A stretch of DNA of 64,000 bases from assembly GCA_051362555.1 (NCBI GenBank), contig CM120647.1, positions 20,250,651-20,314,650 on the forward strand, read 5' to 3'. Source of the DNA: Lingula anatina. Its lineage: Eukaryota > Animalia > Brachiopoda. The notes beneath the pieces were generated by a model that was given only the letters and a program-made list of their open reading frames with translations, was not told the DNA's origin and did not search any database. The position numbers were made by a program, and so were the translations under genes. Shown here piece after piece: positions 40,801 to 54,448 of this stretch. Each line of letters begins with the position of its first letter. The stretch's first letter is position 1.

Positions 40801-43800
40801 AGCTTTGAAGTATGGTAGTCATACCACGACCCTATTTCCTTTAATCTGTACTCAACGGTGCTTGACGTCATGTCTGATAGTAAAATAAAAATTACGACCT
40901 GCACAAAATCGCTGTAAATCTCTGTTATATCTGGGCACATAGGTAGTACTTTCAAATCCACGTTAAAAAACTGGTGATAAAAAGCGAGTCCTAATTACCA
41001 AGTTAATAGCCACTAATTTTGGTTATTGCCAAGCTAACTGCTCTCTGGAGGCGATACACATTACAAAGGTAGCAATTTCCTCATGCTCCTAGAAGTCCTT
41101 TACACTACGGGCTATTTGTGCTCTTCTATGATTTCCTCATTAGTAACTGTAGAGGATTTCTATTTAGTTATATTCCAATTTAGCTTAGAATCAAGACCAT
41201 TAAGATGAGGAAAGAATGGAATTTTCATTTAATAATATCTAATTACTGATGAATATTAACAAATCACAATTTACTTAGTCATAAATTAATTTATAATTTA
41301 TCTATTATATATCTATCATTTCACCTATTTTTCATGTTTATTTATTCATTTATCCATATAATCATTTACTGTTTCTCTTCATAAACAGATGGACGCCACT
41401 CAACCCGGAAATAAATAAATTTTCTCAGCAACACCTACATCACTAGATATGGATGTACGCAATTCTATTTTTATTTTAACCCCTGACACTAAGATCCCTT
41501 ATCTGAAATATTCCTTCCATAACCCATTAAAAGGAACCATGTTAAAAGAAAACTATCTGTATCGGAGGTTTTCTTTTCATGTTTGTACATCATTCACTAC
41601 TCTCCACAGGATTTAATCAAGAAGTGATGTTCCAGGTGATATACTGTGGCCCACAGACATGGAAAAATTAGCCATGTGGAATTGCAGAAAACATCTCTTC
41701 AGTGCTTTTTTTTTTTTATTAAATGGAGAAAAATTCAATCATCATCATCATTTTAATGATATTATTGGAATTATTATTATCATCATCATTACAGTAATGG
41801 CTGAGTAAATTATCAACCTTTCAGATACATAATTCTGGAATCATTGGACATATTTCTTTTAAGCATTAATTAGGCATCACTGTATTTAATATAAGTAAAG
41901 GGTAGCCTGCTTTTTAACGTAAGAATTAATGACTGAAAAAAGTTTCAGTAAAACTGCAAATTTTCACCACTGAAAAGATTGTGTCATTGTGATAATATCA
42001 TATTCAATATTGGACCAAAAATCTTCTAAGCACGCATATACACAAAACATAAAAAAAGAGAGAGAGTGAAGCACTTTAAATCAAACACAAACACACACAC
42101 TGATCTTCTACATGGCCACAAAAATACAAAATGCACCCGAAAGTGCACAAACTTTTTTTCCTCGTCAACATGTCTGTCATGGGCAGCCTACACTATATCT
42201 TCCCTGCAGTACTGACAAAATCAAGACAAAAATTATTGCATGATGCTATCTAACACCCCTGGGAATGGCTACAATCAATTCCAATTTCCTCTTAGTTCTT
42301 AAATATCCATGATGTTATCTCAAACCGAGTTAATTCTTTTTCTTTTTTCCTTTTATATTTTGAGATGACAAAAACGAACGAGATTATCAAGGGATTTTTT
42401 GATTATGTCATTCAACCAGGGACATTTTTTTCAATTATGAGCTTTAATTTTATTTTCAATGGTAATTTGTCATAACAAAGACACTTAATGCTTTTTTCTT
42501 AGAACAGGGTCTTACTGGAAAGAGGAAAAAAGTCAGCTTTCAAGTGACAGCAGTAAAAAAAAGAAAACAAACAAAAAATACATAAATAATTAAAAAAAAA
42601 AATAAAAACAGAAATTATCCATGGATTTAGCCATCTATGGCCTTTAACACACTGACTAGACCTCCTGTTATCACTCTAGTTTGAGAGACTGACAACTTTA
42701 TAGCCTGGCTAGGAGATAGAACTTAACAGCTACCTTAACATAGCTCTGTATCAGTAAAACAACAGACATATACTGCTAGTTGGGACCAAACACTTGCCAA
42801 CCTTGTGGAAGTGCAGGTGTACCAGGTAAAATTGGATCCAAAATGAGGGGTGGGGGGGTGGGGGGTGGGGGGTTGTATTGACTATGGGGGGGGGGGGGGC
42901 AAGAATAGAACAGAGCCTGTACCCATGATCCTCAACCGGGGTTCATTCCATAAAAATCTAATGAAAGAGTTCTAAATGAGTTGATCTGTGGGCTACATAT
43001 GGCTGATCCACTTAAAAGTGATGTCTCTAATCCTCTGATGGTCTTCCCTCCTCCACAAATACCGTCGCTGCAGGGGTCTAGCAATTAAAACTCTGAGCTG
43101 AAATTCAATCCATTTAATGATGCATATGCAGACCATCAGGGGATTAAGGCCGCTTGCTTTTTAGTGGGATTGGCCATATTTAGTTGGCAGATCAGTTAGT
43201 CTGCCGATCATCTGTTCTGAAGGCACTCTTTTTCATTTGACATCAGTGAAAGCCAAACTTTAGCACACCTGAATAAGACCTTGTGATAAGACAGAAATAT
43301 AATAGAGTGAGCTACATTTAAAACAAAACTATTTTGTGTGACAAAATATCTGTCACTGCTGACAGTGTTTTTCGATCTGATAGTGATACGCCCATGTTGT
43401 GACAAAGTCTCCAATACTGTCGCATGTGCTTGTATTAGAAAATAATGCGATTTGTATTGACTATGTTTTATGACTTGATAGTTACACATGATTAAGTCTC
43501 AATTATCTAGAACATATGTTACTACAAGAAGATTGAATTAAGTTAACATCACTTCAGTGGACAATTACACATGATTAACACGTAGAATATTGCCACATAT
43601 TTTTGTATCTCAAAAAAAGTCATTTCTGTTTGACAATGTTTTAGATATCACAGACATATCTCATTTATCTCTATTTATCATTTGTCGTACGGTATGCTTG
43701 TATCACAAAAAAGGATTTCAAATTCTACTGCAAGAACTTATTTATACTATACAAATACTTATTTATATTTATTCAACAGAGTCTATTATCTCCTATCACA

Positions 43801-46800
43801 CACGCTTGTATCACAAAAAAATTTCATTTCTACTAAAAAATTTTAACGATGTTACAGATAAGCAAAATCAAGTCTTATATCTTGTCACATATGCTTGTAT
43901 CTCAAAAAATGTCATTTTTATTGACAGTATTTTACGAGTTGATATTTAAGTGTACATAAGTTTTTTCCTGGTCTAAATCATCTTTCATACATGTTTGTAT
44001 CATTATAAAAATGACCTTTCTATTGACAGTATTTTACGAGTTGATAGTTAAACGTATAGAAGATGTTCCCAGGTCCCCGAATCACCTGTCGCGTCTCGTC
44101 TGATGCCAATCAGTATATGACTAAGTAGGAAATTAGAAAGCGTCAACTTTTAATCAGTTTTCGCAGAAACATCTGTTGTGTCAAAACTCTGAGATCTCCC
44201 AAAAGACACTACATTAACAAGAGATATTAAGGGCCATTACACGAGATTTTGTCCGTCTTTAACCTTTCATTTTTTCCTTTTGCGTAGCCTGCACGGATGC
44301 AGCAAAAGCGATTAACATTTTCTTAATACTATGCAAATCCTTTTTCTTCACATACAGCATGTTAACTGACAAGAAGATTGATCAGCTCACTTTGATTTCT
44401 TCCCTCCATGCAGGCAAATTCACATTTTATGAATGATTTTTGAGTTGTGTATGTGTGTGTGTGCGCGCGCTGGCGCCTGCTTGCATTTTTTTTTCATTTT
44501 TTAAGTCACACTCTTTTGCTTACTTGTACCATTTTTTTAATCAGTAGTAAGCTAGAATCAAGAGGTGAGAAGCAATCCATTTAATTTGAATGGTTCTAAC
44601 AAAGAATAATGCTATGGTAGCTGGGGGCTACTCTCTTTCACAAGTTCCAGTTTACCTATCAAAATTGATCCCATAAACTAACCAAAGGAGCTCTGATTAG
44701 GTGATTCTCCCACATAACAACCAGGTTAATTCATAATCAATCTTGCAGACTGGATAGTAGAAAAAACCGCACTGCTACATTTGCCAAAGATGCATTGAAT
44801 TTCCTAACATACACATAATCATGATATTGTTACTGATCAGATTTTATCAGAAATACTTATGCTAAGAAAACTGAAGATTCATTTATAATTTGTTAATCTA
44901 CAGGATTGGACCTTTTGAAAAAGCTCATTTTCTTCTACCAACACCTGAAAATTTTAGAGACATCACCTTATCTCTATGGTAACCCATGTCAAAGAAATTA
45001 CAGAGATGAAAGTAAACCTTTAAAAATATCTGGTCAATGCAAGTGCAGAAGATTTGTAGCTCTATAAAGGGGGGGGGGGGGTCCAGATGACATAATAAAA
45101 CCTAAATAATTGTATTTTTCCAGCTGAATCTGGAAGACTATCATCTGTAAAAATTAACAGTAACGTGTTGATATTATTGAAGAAATTAAATAAGTAGACT
45201 GACAACATCAATCAAAAATGAGACAAAAAAAAAGTACTGTCTGTGATACAATCAAACAACAAACCATGAAAAATAACTTGATGCGCTATTCCAAAAAGGC
45301 TTTTACTGTTATTAGATTGTTTCACACAGCGAGAAGTCATTTACCTCAGCTAGTGTGTCAAAGGATGCAAAGGCTGTACAACACTAACATATGATGCTGT
45401 ATCAGCCAGGCACGAAGCCACTGTATTTATAACTCGAGGTCTACCATCTTTTTCAGAAATGAAAATATCATAGGTCTTGGGAGAATTCTTAAAGTACCAA
45501 TGGATGGTTAAGGTGCACATTTCTCTTTACACCCAAATACCCTGATTTTTAGACAAATCCATTGACTTTCATCCACATTCTTTTCTTCTTTTATTAATTC
45601 ATTTATTTTTCTAATTATTTTATTGTTAAGTGCTTATTTTTGACTGGAGTGGAGATTTGGGACTTGTCCTTTGAAAAAAATCTGAGGTAAACCATCTCTA
45701 ATTTGTCTTCTTTTGAATTGCATCCCTTGGGGGCAGCCAGATCAGTTAAATATGTCAGCTTCTGTCCATATTGTAAATGATGTGCAGGTCTCATTTGCCT
45801 CTGCCCACCCTGAGTATCACTGGCCCTCTGTACCTTCAGTCTGCCATTTCCAGTTATATGCTGAGAGTAAAGAGGAGAGTTTTCAGAAACCTCTGAATAC
45901 TCAGGGTGCTACTGAAAACATCATAGATAGTAGAAAGGAGTTTCAAATAACCTTTCAAATTCAGGGTATTACTGGAAATAGCAAAGGCGCACTGACAGAG
46001 ATGAGGCGAGATGAAATTCCCTTGTCCTGTGAAACTCTGGGCATTACTGGAAATGGCAAAAGCATGCTGATAATAGAGAGTTTCAAATACCCCTCGAAAT
46101 TCAGGGCGTTACTGGAAATATTACAGGCATGCTGACAGTAGAGAGATGAGGTTCTAATGATATGTAAATTTCAGGGTGTGAAAAGAAATGGCAAAGGTGC
46201 ACTAGCTGACAGAGGTGAGACGAGATGATTTTCCAGGGTTCTGTGAAACTAAAGATGTCGTCTCCACTGTACCAGACACATCAAGCCAGTACCAGACATA
46301 CTGAAATGACTCCTATTGCCATAACATTTCATACACCAATCAATCATATAATATACACTAAATCATTCATCTTGGTGAGAGAAAGTAGAATCTTTAAGAC
46401 TCAGTCTGCCTTCTTTATCAGTCACTTTATGCTCAATTCCACACAAATTGAACTGACATCTGGCCACACTTAAAAAATTAAAATCCTTAGCTGACATAAC
46501 ACAAAAAGTCAAAACTCTTAACATATTTAAAATTGGCAATTGAATGGCTGCAGTCTAAATTTATGCTGGAGAAATGCTTCCAAAAAAAAAAGGGCAGAAT
46601 GCTTTTGTCTGACTTTCTTTATCAGTCCCTTATGCCAGATTTCACCCAAGTTGGCCTGACACCTGTTAATCACCAGATGAGCAGATAGATTTCTGAGAAG
46701 ACGACCCAAGTCGATGACAGTGCCTGGGATCATAGCCCAAGCCCCGGACTGATACGAGCTGACCTCACATGGAAGAATCAGACAATCAGTTGGCAGAGTG

Positions 46801-48302
46801 CACGAAGACAGACAGTGGTGAGAAGGGGAATGAAACTAAGTCATGTTTACATTGAAGATAGGTCGACTCTTCTTGGTTTATGCAATGACAGCAAGTAAAA
46901 TAGTGGCCAAGACATCACTGACCTGTTTTGGGGATCAGCTGGCAAAGAGCATGAAGAGGAGACAGTAATCATAGTGACAGGTGTTAAGATGTGTTTATAC
47001 TGAAGTTAGGTAGAACTTTCTTAGTATTAGTATAATCCGTGTGTGCATGTGCATATACATGCGCACAATAGTTGCAAGGGTCAAAAATCTGCTGACGGAA
47101 ATTATTTAACCAAAAATATACTGGAAACATTCAAGTAATTATAATTCAATTCCTGGAAAGCAAATAATAAATATACATATGAATAAATATATTCTGAATG
47201 CATGAAAAAAATGTACATACTAATGGAGGGAAAAGGTACGAGTGAAAAATTAAATGAAAAAACAAATGTGGGAATGATTCAACTACAAAAGCACTCTGAG
47301 ACAGCGGATCTCCACCAAGGCAGCAAATTGATATTATTATTATTAATTTTATTATCAATTCATGGATCACCAACGAAATGTAACTGATTCTGAGTTAGCC
47401 AATTTCTGCCCTTTTCAAGAGTTTTGTCAGTATTTGTTGAATATTTTCTGAGTTATGCTGTGAACTTACAAACCATTAAAGGCAAAAACAAACTTCCTTG
47501 ATGAAGATAAACAAACAAACAAACAAACAGCCTACCCGTGATGAGGAGTTCCTCAGCTTGTCCAGGTAGTCAAAGATCTGCTCTGGGACAATTCTGCCCA
47601 CCACATGGATGGTGTCTGGGAGATCCTAGGAAATACAAAGATTATATTACTCTGGGACAATTCTGCCCACCACATGGATGGTGTCTGGGAGATCCTGAGA
47701 AATACAAAGATTATATTACTCTGGGACAATTCTGCCCATCACATGGATGGTGTCTGGGAGATCCTGGGAAATACAAAGATTATTTTACATCAGGGTATTG
47801 ATCGAACTTCATGTGGGCTCTGCCTGAATGCAATCACATTTATTTAAAAGATTAAAACGCCAGATTAACAAAGTGATCTTTTCTATCTTCATATCCTACA
47901 AAGAAACATGACTTTCAGATATCTTATGCAAACAAATAAATGAAAAAAAAAATCAAATTAATTTATTGATAAATGAATGAAAGAATGAATGCATATATTG
48001 ATGAACAAATGTATCAATAAATGAACACTTACATTATTGAGAAAGTCAGTAGGGCCAGACACTTTGTACGCCACAGTGAAGAACTTGGGTAGATCAGGAT
48101 GGAAGACAAACCCCTTCCAGACAGAGTTCTCTTTCTGTCTGCTGGCTGGCTTGTCCAGGCCTGCCTGTAACGCCGAGTCTGGGGATCTGAAACACAATGG
48201 TAATGTTATACATATGTGATTTTAATGGGAAAATCTACACACCCTCCCACACAAGCTATCTCTATCTCTCACACACACACACACAAACACACACACACAA
48301 AG

Positions 48303-48388
<86 letters not shown>

Positions 48389-49410
48389 ACATGCTCATTC
48401 ATTAATTTCATCACTTACACACTCACTGGCAAATGCATCACCATCAAATCACACAACACACATATGCTCTCGCATGCACTATTTCATTCATGTAATCCTT
48501 CATTCAAGCATTCACTCTCACCCTTGTCATCACCAAAATACGTACTGTATCGAGCTTGAACTAGAATCAGCTGGGGGAGACTTCACTTCTTCCTTCGCCA
48601 CAGACACAGGTGGCTTCTCCTCTGGTTTAGGAACAGGAGGAGGCTCTAAGACTTCTGTAGTAACGTCAGTGGATGCCATGGCTACCTCACTTCTTGGTAA
48701 GTAAGGCTGGTCCTCTTTTTCCACCTGTAAATAAAACATTATTATTTGTATTTATCATTTTTTTAATTTAAACTCAATATTAGTACTCCTCATAGATGCT
48801 AAGCCTTTTAATTTTGTTTTTCAACTTGAAAATAAAAATTCAAAGTGTTGCTTCTTCACTGAAACTTTTTTCTTATCATTAGCAAAAAATTACTGTGCAA
48901 AACTCCACCTGATAGTTTTAATTTTAAAAAATTTGTTCCATAACTTAATTTCTGGATTAGGAAAAAAATATGCCAAAAACTATGTTTGCAAAATTGAGCA
49001 AATTCAGACTTACCTCAAATACCCATGATTTACATTTTTACATATAATATATTTATATTTATTACTATTTATATTATTGAAAATATATTTACATATAATA
49101 CAATCACCCCATCCTTTAAATACTGACCTTTTCCTCTTTTTCCTTCACTCCTTCAATCCGTACCATTTTGGCAATCTTGGGCTTCTTGGCAGGGGGCGGA
49201 GTCTCTTCACTGGGGGGTTTGATCTTTCCAGTACAGATCTTGCAGTTCAAGTCAAACAGATGGGTCTTGTGTTTGTCAGTGGTGTCTGTGATCAGAGATC
49301 CCAGGAGATCAGAGGCAGGCCAGGAGGGTGTGTGCTTCTCTGGCTTGACCTGGGGAACAGAAGTATGTAATATGTGTTTAAGACATGAGACGATTTAATA
49401 TTTAATCAAA

Positions 49411-49460
<50 letters not shown>

Positions 49461-52340
49461 GCTTCTTGAGGTGAAACAGAACATCAAGAACATAAGAAGT
49501 TCAGTCTGTTGTCATGTTAATCATCAAAACTTCAATTGTAGTTACAGCTGGTCTGTAACCCTGTCAATCTGTACTTACTGTAACCCTGTCAATCTGTACT
49601 TACTGTAACCCTGTCAATCTGTACTTACTGTAACCCTGTCAATCTGTACTTACTGTAACCCTGTCAATCTGTACTTACTGTAACCCTGTCAATCTGTACT
49701 TACTGTAACCCTGTCAATCTGTACTTACTGTAACCCTGTCAATCTGTACTTACTGTAACCCTGTCAATCTGTACTTATCTATCAATTTTATTCCTTGCAA
49801 TTTACAAACAAAAAACTCTGTTTATCACTAAAATATTTCACTATAACATCTTGATATTCAGTCCTCTTCTACGTGTTTTACCGACAAAACAGAGGAAAGA
49901 GAGTAAAATAATACAAGGCATCCTACCTCATCGGCAAGTATAGTCAAGTCCTCGCCCTCATCGATGATCTCCTCCCCCTTGTGAGTTTTCTTGACAACAT
50001 GGCTGCCACTGCTGGCTGCCTCCTTTTCTGACAACTCTATCATCTCTAGAATCTGAGGGATTCAAGAAAAGAGTTTTGACTATTATTCAAGAAAAGAGTT
50101 TTGACTATTAACTCTTACATCCCAATCACTTCTAGAATCTTAGGCATAATTTTTGTTAAAGTATTTTGGCTTCAAAAAATACAAGATCTATGAATGCAAG
50201 AAATGAAAATTAACTTATAATATAATACTTTTGTAAAAGACTGAGGCATTTTTCAAAATCCGTAAATTATTAGGCGATTTTAAAATACACAGCGAATAAA
50301 AATTTTCAAAAATATTTTCAGGTCATCATTGTTCATGTCAAAAATGCACATGTATCATAAATAATGCAAATTTATGGAACAAAACTTATTACGTTTTTCA
50401 AACTGAAAATAAAGATGATATAACTCAATAAATTTGATAATCAATTTTCTTACGTGTTTATTTTCTCTTTCTCTCCATGTTGCTAACTCTTTACTGGCCA
50501 TTTCTTCAGGAGACATCCTAACAAGTTTGTAAGGCTTAATGTGATTGGTTAAAATCTTCCGGAAAAATCCCTGGAAAGAATAATAATACATTTTGTAGAA
50601 TGCAATCATTATGTTTCTGATATTAAACAGTTTAAGATTACTCCATGATATTTCCATAACAGTTACCTTAAAAAATAGAATTTTTTTTCAAAATAAATGA
50701 CAAAGCATTAAATTCCTCTGTCAAATGAGATTTAGTTTAAGAAATAGTTATTAGTACCCAATAATCAAGATCTTTATTACCTCATTCTTTGGGTCCTTGA
50801 TGTTGAAAAGGAGGCTCCTGAACTTGGCCTTGTATTTACTACTGACATCCCCATACAATCTAAACAACTCCGTTTCTATGGTGAGGGTCAACTTCTTGAT
50901 CTCGTGATTGGTCATCACCATGTCATCTGAGTCATGGGCCCTGGAACATGGATAACAACTGAGGAACATTGCATGGAAACTGAATAAACAATTTTTAGTA
51001 GCCCAGGTAGAGCTAATGAGTGGGTTTAGTATGACTATGATGATGTTGCATTATTTTCATGATGGCATTGGCTGATCATATGTTGTACCTGAGGGCTTAC
51101 CTGACACAGGTGTCATGTGACACCTGACACAACCTATGCTGTAATGTCCTGATAGTGAAAACAAACCCCCTCCTCACCACCCCCACCCCCCTTGTTTGTT
51201 CATGTACACTAAACAAATGTATCAAGCACCTGAGAGTACATATATACTTCATATAAAATAAAGTGATTTAAATATATTTTCTCAACTAATTTAGTTAAAT
51301 TACAGTCTTTTGAAGAATTATTGTTTCTGATTACTTTGTCCCTTTTAGTAATTATCTTTCTATTTTCTGAGATCCAGAAATGCACTCTAGTTTTTCATCT
51401 GCGTTGGTCTGGATACAAGAATCATGTCCATCCATACCAACCTCTTGCTCAGAGTATCCTTTCATTCTTATTGTTCCTGTTTACTTTATCCCTTTCAGTA
51501 ACTATCTTTTTTATCAAGGTCTGAGAATGCACCCTAAATTTTAATATGTATTGATCTGGTTACAAATATGCCTATACCAACCTCTTGCTCAGTGTATCCT
51601 TGAGGGCTTTTCTGACATTCATTCTTATTGGCATGGGGTCAGCCGCGGCCGTGGTGGACGTAGTGGACGTTGGCTCCTGCTTGGGCTGTGCGGAATCTTT
51701 GTGAGATTCTTTCCTTTCACGCTGTCGCTCCTTCTGATTCCTCTCCTTTTCTCTGTCCTTTCGTTCTTGTTCACGCTTTTCTCTCTCCTTGTCGCGTTCT
51801 TTTTCTGCGTAAATAAAAACAGGTTAAATTGTTGTTTTTTTTTTCTTTTAGAAGTAAAAGGTATGTGTACTACTATTAACACAATTTGGAAAATAATCTT
51901 GAAATGTATCAAACAGTAATGTATAAAAACAATATCAAATAATTTATAAATTCATATTTTAAAAATCAATACGGCAATTAAAAAAAAAAAAACTAAAAAT
52001 CTTCACAGGATAACCACAAGAATTGTGACTTTTTTGTTCATCACTGTATGTTTGTTCTTTTTTTTTTTTTTCATTAAGACAAATATATTTTTTAAATCTT
52101 CCACCATCCTAGCCACCATCAAGCATTCCATCATTTCCACTTACTCTGGCTGTAGAACCTATTCACAGAGTGCATGTGTCCAGCCTGTTGTCCAGGACGC
52201 AGCACTTCAAATGTGGGATGTCTCTGCAGCCATTTCTCCAGGTTTTCTGTAGTTGGCGCTGTTGGTCCTGTAACAAGACGACCTGAGTGCCTCTCCAAGA
52301 CGACAACTTTATCTGCCTGTTTACCCTTCTGTGAATGACA

Positions 52341-52391
<51 letters not shown>

Positions 52392-54408
52392 ATGCTCTAA
52401 GTTCTCATCTGTCACTCAATTTTTTCTTAATTCTTGAATTGCAATCACCCAGTTTTTAAGTGTTGAAAAATGATCCTGTTACAATCCTTGAATTTTTACA
52501 TGACAAAATAAAACAAACTTTTTTCTTGGGTCTGTTTTGCCTTCCTCTTATACCCTGTGCTAAATTCATGTTAACCTTGGTGTTCCTTGAAAGTATTTCA
52601 ATCCATTAAAGTACACCATTTGTTACCTTGAACATTATTTTAGTCTTTGTAAAGCCAAAATTACTTCTCTGACTCAGACTTGAATTACAAGATATTTGGC
52701 AAATTTTGCCCCCTCCCCCCTTCTCTCATATGCTGTGTCACAATATCTTTGAACACCGAAGCCTCTTAAAAAAAAAAAAAAACAAAAGATCTTACCTCTG
52801 CCTTCGACTTAAACCCAGCCATCTTAGCCTTCTCCTTCTCCAGCAGCTGCAGGGACTCCTTGGCATGTTTGACAATACACCCTGGCTTACAGTAGACAGA
52901 ACCCTCTCTAGCCCACTCCTCACACCCTGTACTAATACAGTGCTGTCTGGGGGGCTTGTCTTTGTCCTTGGTGGGGCTCTTCTGGAAGTGGAGATTGGTA
53001 ATGTATTTATCAGAGGAGAGGGAGTAACAGCAATAGTAATGTGTATTTTGTGTGAAATCTTAATTAACATGTATCAGAAGGATCTAAATTGCTGATACTT
53101 GTGTTTACACACTTCCTTAAAATAATTACCTTTACCTTGCATGTATTAGCAGAGTGTAAGAATGGATAGGGTTGTTGTCTGTGTTCGCAAGGGTTTCAAT
53201 AAAATCAAAAGGGAGTTGTGGAACACCCCCAGTATTATATCAATTTGTAAATCATACTGCAATCAAATGTTATTTCTAGGCTCTGCTTTAAGAGATAAAA
53301 GTGGACTTTTGATATAATCTTGAAAATACAGGCACAGACAATTCACAGGTCTACATTAGGGCCCATGGGGCAGAAATACAACACACATATTAATATCACT
53401 TCCCAAATATCCAGAAAAAAATCCAGAAGACTTTCATTTCTATACCTTAAACACTTTGAACCTTTTCCTCTTCTTTTTTCCATCATCTTGATCTGGTCTT
53501 TTCTCCTTCTTTCTTATCTCCCCTAGTAACTTGGGTTTTCCCTCTCCAGATGTATCTCTGGAGACAGACGACTCCCTGCTAGCACTCTTAGATGCAGAAG
53601 ATTTAGCCTAAAATAACCCAAACCACATTGACATTTCTGCCAGCAACAGGTTCATAAGAGAGAGGTAAGTATTCAGGACAAATACAGGTGTTGACAATAC
53701 TTTTATAGTTTGATGATTATTAGACATTACTCACCAAGGCAGAAAATGGGATAATTTTTTTTTTTTTTTTAAATAACTTTAAGTTACTTTTTATCATGCA
53801 CAGAAAACATTTTACCTCACAGGCAGAAAATGGGCTTTACTTCCTTAAAAACAATTTCTTTTTTTCATCATTACACATTGAGAGGATGAAAAGCCTACTA
53901 CAGAGACATTGTGGTGAGATAATAGAAATGTATACCAGCTTTGGAATCTCATGAAGTTGAGATTGAAAATGTCAGTTATCTCTCACCTTTTCAGACTCAG
54001 AGTCTGACTCTTTTGTACTTTTCTTTTTATCCTCTGCATCTCTCTTCTTTTTGTCAGGACTGGTTTCCCTGTCAGACTTCTTGTTTTCTTTTGCTTCTTT
54101 CTTTTCCTTATCTGTTGTGAAGAACAGAATAAAAAGCAAAAAAGTTATAGTAAGAACAAAGGTGAGATTTGGAGATGCACAAGTATTCAGTGGGAAGAAA
54201 GCTTTTTGCACCCAGAACAAGAGATGGAGAGAGAAGGGGGATAAATCAAAACACCTCATAAAATCAGCTGTGGCAATGCATTTTCTAAAATTTATCAGAC
54301 TTCAGATATAAACAATACAAAAGATTATGCCAAAAAATTATACTACTGTTATATAAACACACTAAATTAGAACACTGCAGTTAAAGTTACAGGATCTGAT
54401 AATTTACT

Positions 54409-54448
<40 letters not shown>

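Noticed and set aside
47581-49777. Repeat arrays as possible CRISPR loci
   Set aside because: The units are head-to-tail with no unique spacers, there are no cas genes, and the context is eukaryotic.
51037-51092. Possible intronic C/D box snoRNA (ATGATGA...CTGA)
   Set aside because: Too short, no terminal stem and no recognisable rRNA guide sequence.
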